A stretch of 64,000 bases of DNA from Takakia lepidozioides (Eukaryota; Plantae; Bryophyta), in contig CM060732.1 in NCBI GenBank assembly GCA_030704615.1, positions 9,362,001 to 9,426,000 on the forward strand. The letters run 5' to 3'. This document shows, piece by piece, positions 61,053 to 64,000 of the stretch (position 1 is the stretch's first letter; each line of letters begins with the position of its first letter). The position numbers and the translations under genes are program-made. The notes under the pieces are model-generated. The model had not been told where the DNA came from and searched no databases. It saw nothing but the letters and a program-made list of their open reading frames with translations.

Positions 61053-62750
61053 TCACATGGGCAATTCGATTGATTGCTTGATACAACCTGTGTCTACAAT
61101 AAGGTGCCACAGCCATAGCTGTCCAATGGTAATCTCCGCTTTGGACTGGCAAATTACTTCAGCCAAAGTCCCTTCATTACTTTGCATTTCTGCAGCTTCT
61201 TTCTTCCCTTCATCCTCACTCACTTCCTCTTCTATTTCAGAATCAGAGGAATCTGCCATAGGAATATCAGTACTCTTCTGCATTTCCCTTATGGTATCTG
61301 CCACTTCCTTGTGCAGTTCCTTCTCATCTCTCCAAGCCTCATCATCTTCAGGCACATCACTGCCATCTTCATTATCATCACCTTCCTCATCTACTGGAGG
61401 TATTATTTTGGCTTTGCTTCTGGTTACTATCATTGTACTTACTTCTGGTACAACACATGGCCTAACCATGTGAGCTGCTACCACTGGCCCCTCATTCATA
61501 GGAGCTCTCATCTCATTCTGGTGTCTGATCCAGAATGGACAGGCTGCCTTGCGATGTCCTGCCTGATTACAATAGTAACACAGTTCTTCCCCACTAGGTC
61601 CTCCCCCTTGGTCTGTTCTGGGATTGTTTCTGTAATCCTGATTCCCTGGCTGGTAATTCCCCCTTGGATTTCCCTGATAGTTGCCTCTGGAATTTCCTTG
61701 GTAATTTCCTCTTGGATTACCTCTCCCTTCCATGCCATTGTTATAACCACCAGGCCTACCATAGTGGTCCTGATCACTGTTTCTTCTTGGCTGGGGCTGC
61801 ACTTGATGCACCCTTACTTGCCTAGGTTCTCTTGCTGCTGTCTTTTTGTCGCAGTAACGATTCTCAGTAGAATGGTTATCCATTTTACAGATAGTACAGT
61901 GTTTCTCCTTCATGTGGCATTCAGTGGTGGTATGGCCTTCATTCTGGCATTTTGCACACCAAACATCCTTCCTCCAATGTGTTGCAGCCTCTGTGGCATA
62001 CTTCTTCAAGATTTCTTCTAATCTTTTCTCATAGTTATCCCTCTTCAACTTTTCCTTCCTCTTACTCTTCCTTTTCAGCTCTTGCTCTTCTTCCTCATCT
62101 GACTCATCCTCAGAGTCCTCATCATCCCTTTTCTCTCTCCTGAGCATTCCCAATTGCTCAATTGTGTTCGCTGTTTCAAATGCCTCCTCCACTGTATTAT
62201 GGGGTAACATATCCACTTTCTTTTGCAACTCTGGTCTTAGTCCACTCACAAACCAAGTCTTCTGTAAACCTGGTGCTGGTACAGCAGCCAACTTTTTTAT
62301 CATCAATTCCATCTTTTCCATATACTCCTCAACAGTTTCATGCTTCTTTTGCTTTAATTGTTGTAAACTTCCATACACTTCATCCTCAGTTTTACTTGTC
62401 CTGAACCTATTTCGGAATGTTGTATTCAAGCCATTCCAGGTTAGGAAATGATTATCAGGGAATCTTGCATACCATTCACTTGCTTTCTTTATAAGTGAAC
62501 AAGAAAACAGTCTCATCTTGGCATCATCGCCATTCTCATTGTTCACAATACACATGTGCTCAAATTGGCTAATGTGTACATCAGGATCCCCTTTCCTAAA
62601 TATATTGGAAAAGGTGGTTTTGCCCGTGTTGTTGTTGTAACGCCATCTGTGGCCCTACCCCCTGCCCACTTACAGGTGCTGGCCCCCTTGCTGGTGCTGG
62701 TCCTTGAGGACCTGTTGTAGTTGTGGTGGAACTTCCACCAAGTGGTGGCC
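61053..62750 (-). pseudogene. gag with CCHC zinc knuckles
   Basis: KMRLFSCSLIKKASEWY, LKQKKHETVEEY, CAKCQNEGHTTTEC and CYYCNQAGHRKAAC. Confidence 0.9.
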
Positions 62751-64000
62751 ACTGAGCACTCCCTGCTACTGGCCCCACTATATTCACAGTATTCCCAGCT
62801 CCAGTTGCACTACTTCCCAACTCCCTGTCCCCCAGAGCCAGATCCAGGCTGCCCGCCTGATTCCCCTGAGCCGACACCTTCGTTGGCCTGTGATCCAAGT
62901 GCTCCACTTGATCCAGGTCCAACGGGTTGGGATGTCCTGGTTGTAGTCTCAACCTCAGCTGTTGGGTCTACTTCTTCATACTCTTCCTCTTCCAATTTCT
63001 TCTCTCTGTTTTCATCCTCCAAGTTCTGCCCTTGGGTTTCTTCTTCACTCATGTAACTCAACTGCAATGGTGTTGGAGAGTCTGAACTCTCCGTTGGCTC
63101 TGCCACTTCCTCCCCTCCTTCTTCGTCTTCCGTCTCAGAAACTGGAGTTCCTGCTTTTGGTGTTCCATGCCAACTCTTATCAAAGATTTCTGTCAAATCT
63201 TTTATCCAAGGCTGTACCTCATATCTTTCACCTCGTGGTTGATCTTCTTCCTGTACCAATTCCCTTAATCTTTCTTGCAAAGAAAAAGAAGGAGTGGCAT
63301 CCAACTCCAGTTCTTCCGGTATGGGTGATGTACTCTCTGATCTTAATGGTGTGAGAGGTCCAGATGATTCCCTATGTCTATTCCTCTCTCCCAAAGATAT
63401 GGATAATTAGCTTTCAAATAACTTTCTTTTTTTGCTGAATATCTCTGGAGTCTAGCTTCTCTTTCATCACTCATGTCCCATGTCTTTCATTTCTTTAATG
63501 TGGCAATAACCAAAACTCTCTTCTGTAGTATCTCTCATATATGCCTGGGTTTCCTTCAAGCTTCAATGCACCCTTGGCTATACTAGAAGTCTCCGTTACC
63601 ATATAACCATATGGCAAACAAGTCTGGAAAGCTGTTCTTGATGTGAGTTTGATCCACAAAATATCCTTTGGAATCCAATTCCTTACCAGAACAAGCTCTT
63701 CATGCATATGAGTATAAACATTCACCTTCCTTTCCTCCCAGCCTTCAAACTCTACTCGCTTAATGGATAGCAATGCTATCACATAACCAGTGTTGGTAAC
63801 CAACGTGCTCTTCCTCTACAGGCCACCTGATAAATCTTTATCACTCCTTTCTCCAGACCCCACTCAGGGTCAACATCATGCACTCTCATAAGAATGTTTT
63901 ATTTACAACCGTCTGGCAATTCCAAGAACCTCTGAAAGAATTGTTTGGACAATCTTTCCTTCTCTGTTTCACAGGGAATTTGATTCACATCAAATTCTTT

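Larger units (their letters stand above)
56490..64000 (-). mobile_element. Ty3/Gypsy (non-chromovirus) LTR retrotransposon internal region: upstream ORFs, gag, PR, RT, RNase H, integrase and a truncated extra 3' ORF
   Basis: Domain order on the minus strand is gag-PR-RT-RH-INT; the element runs past the window end. Confidence 0.9.

Overview
Eukaryotic, intron-containing land-plant DNA (probably a non-seed plant; inferred from the EBS/SHL gene and the retroelement types), almost entirely nested transposable elements around one intact host gene. That gene is an EBS/SHL-type BAH-PHD chromatin reader (38577-42123, minus strand) and appears to carry a duplicated, mutually exclusive PHD exon. The main finding is a family of large Mutator-like (MULE) DNA transposons, seen as three diverged copies: A ~0.8-17 kb, B ~20-29 kb and C ~29.4-33.8 kb. 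In A and B a GCM-like/DDE/SWIM transposase sits head-to-head with a second multi-exon gene; C retains only the second gene. That gene encodes a ParB/Srx-type N-terminal domain (DGNHR, all three copies) fused to a beta-class N6-adenine/N4-cytosine DNA methyltransferase fold (complete in A, partial in C, lost from B), with a non-canonical D[IL]PDG catalytic motif. The introns, intergenic spacers and ends of these elements, and of an unrelated MULE fragment D, are packed with palindromes sharing a CG-N4-CG (mostly TCG-N4-CGA) core, resembling parS-like loading sites. The rest of the window holds chromodomain-bearing LINE fragments, three Ty3/Gypsy elements (two with an extra 3' ORF), an NBR1 gene fragment and several tandem repeats. 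All transposon ORFs are broken by frameshifts or stops. Domain assignments come from motif recognition by eye, not database searches.
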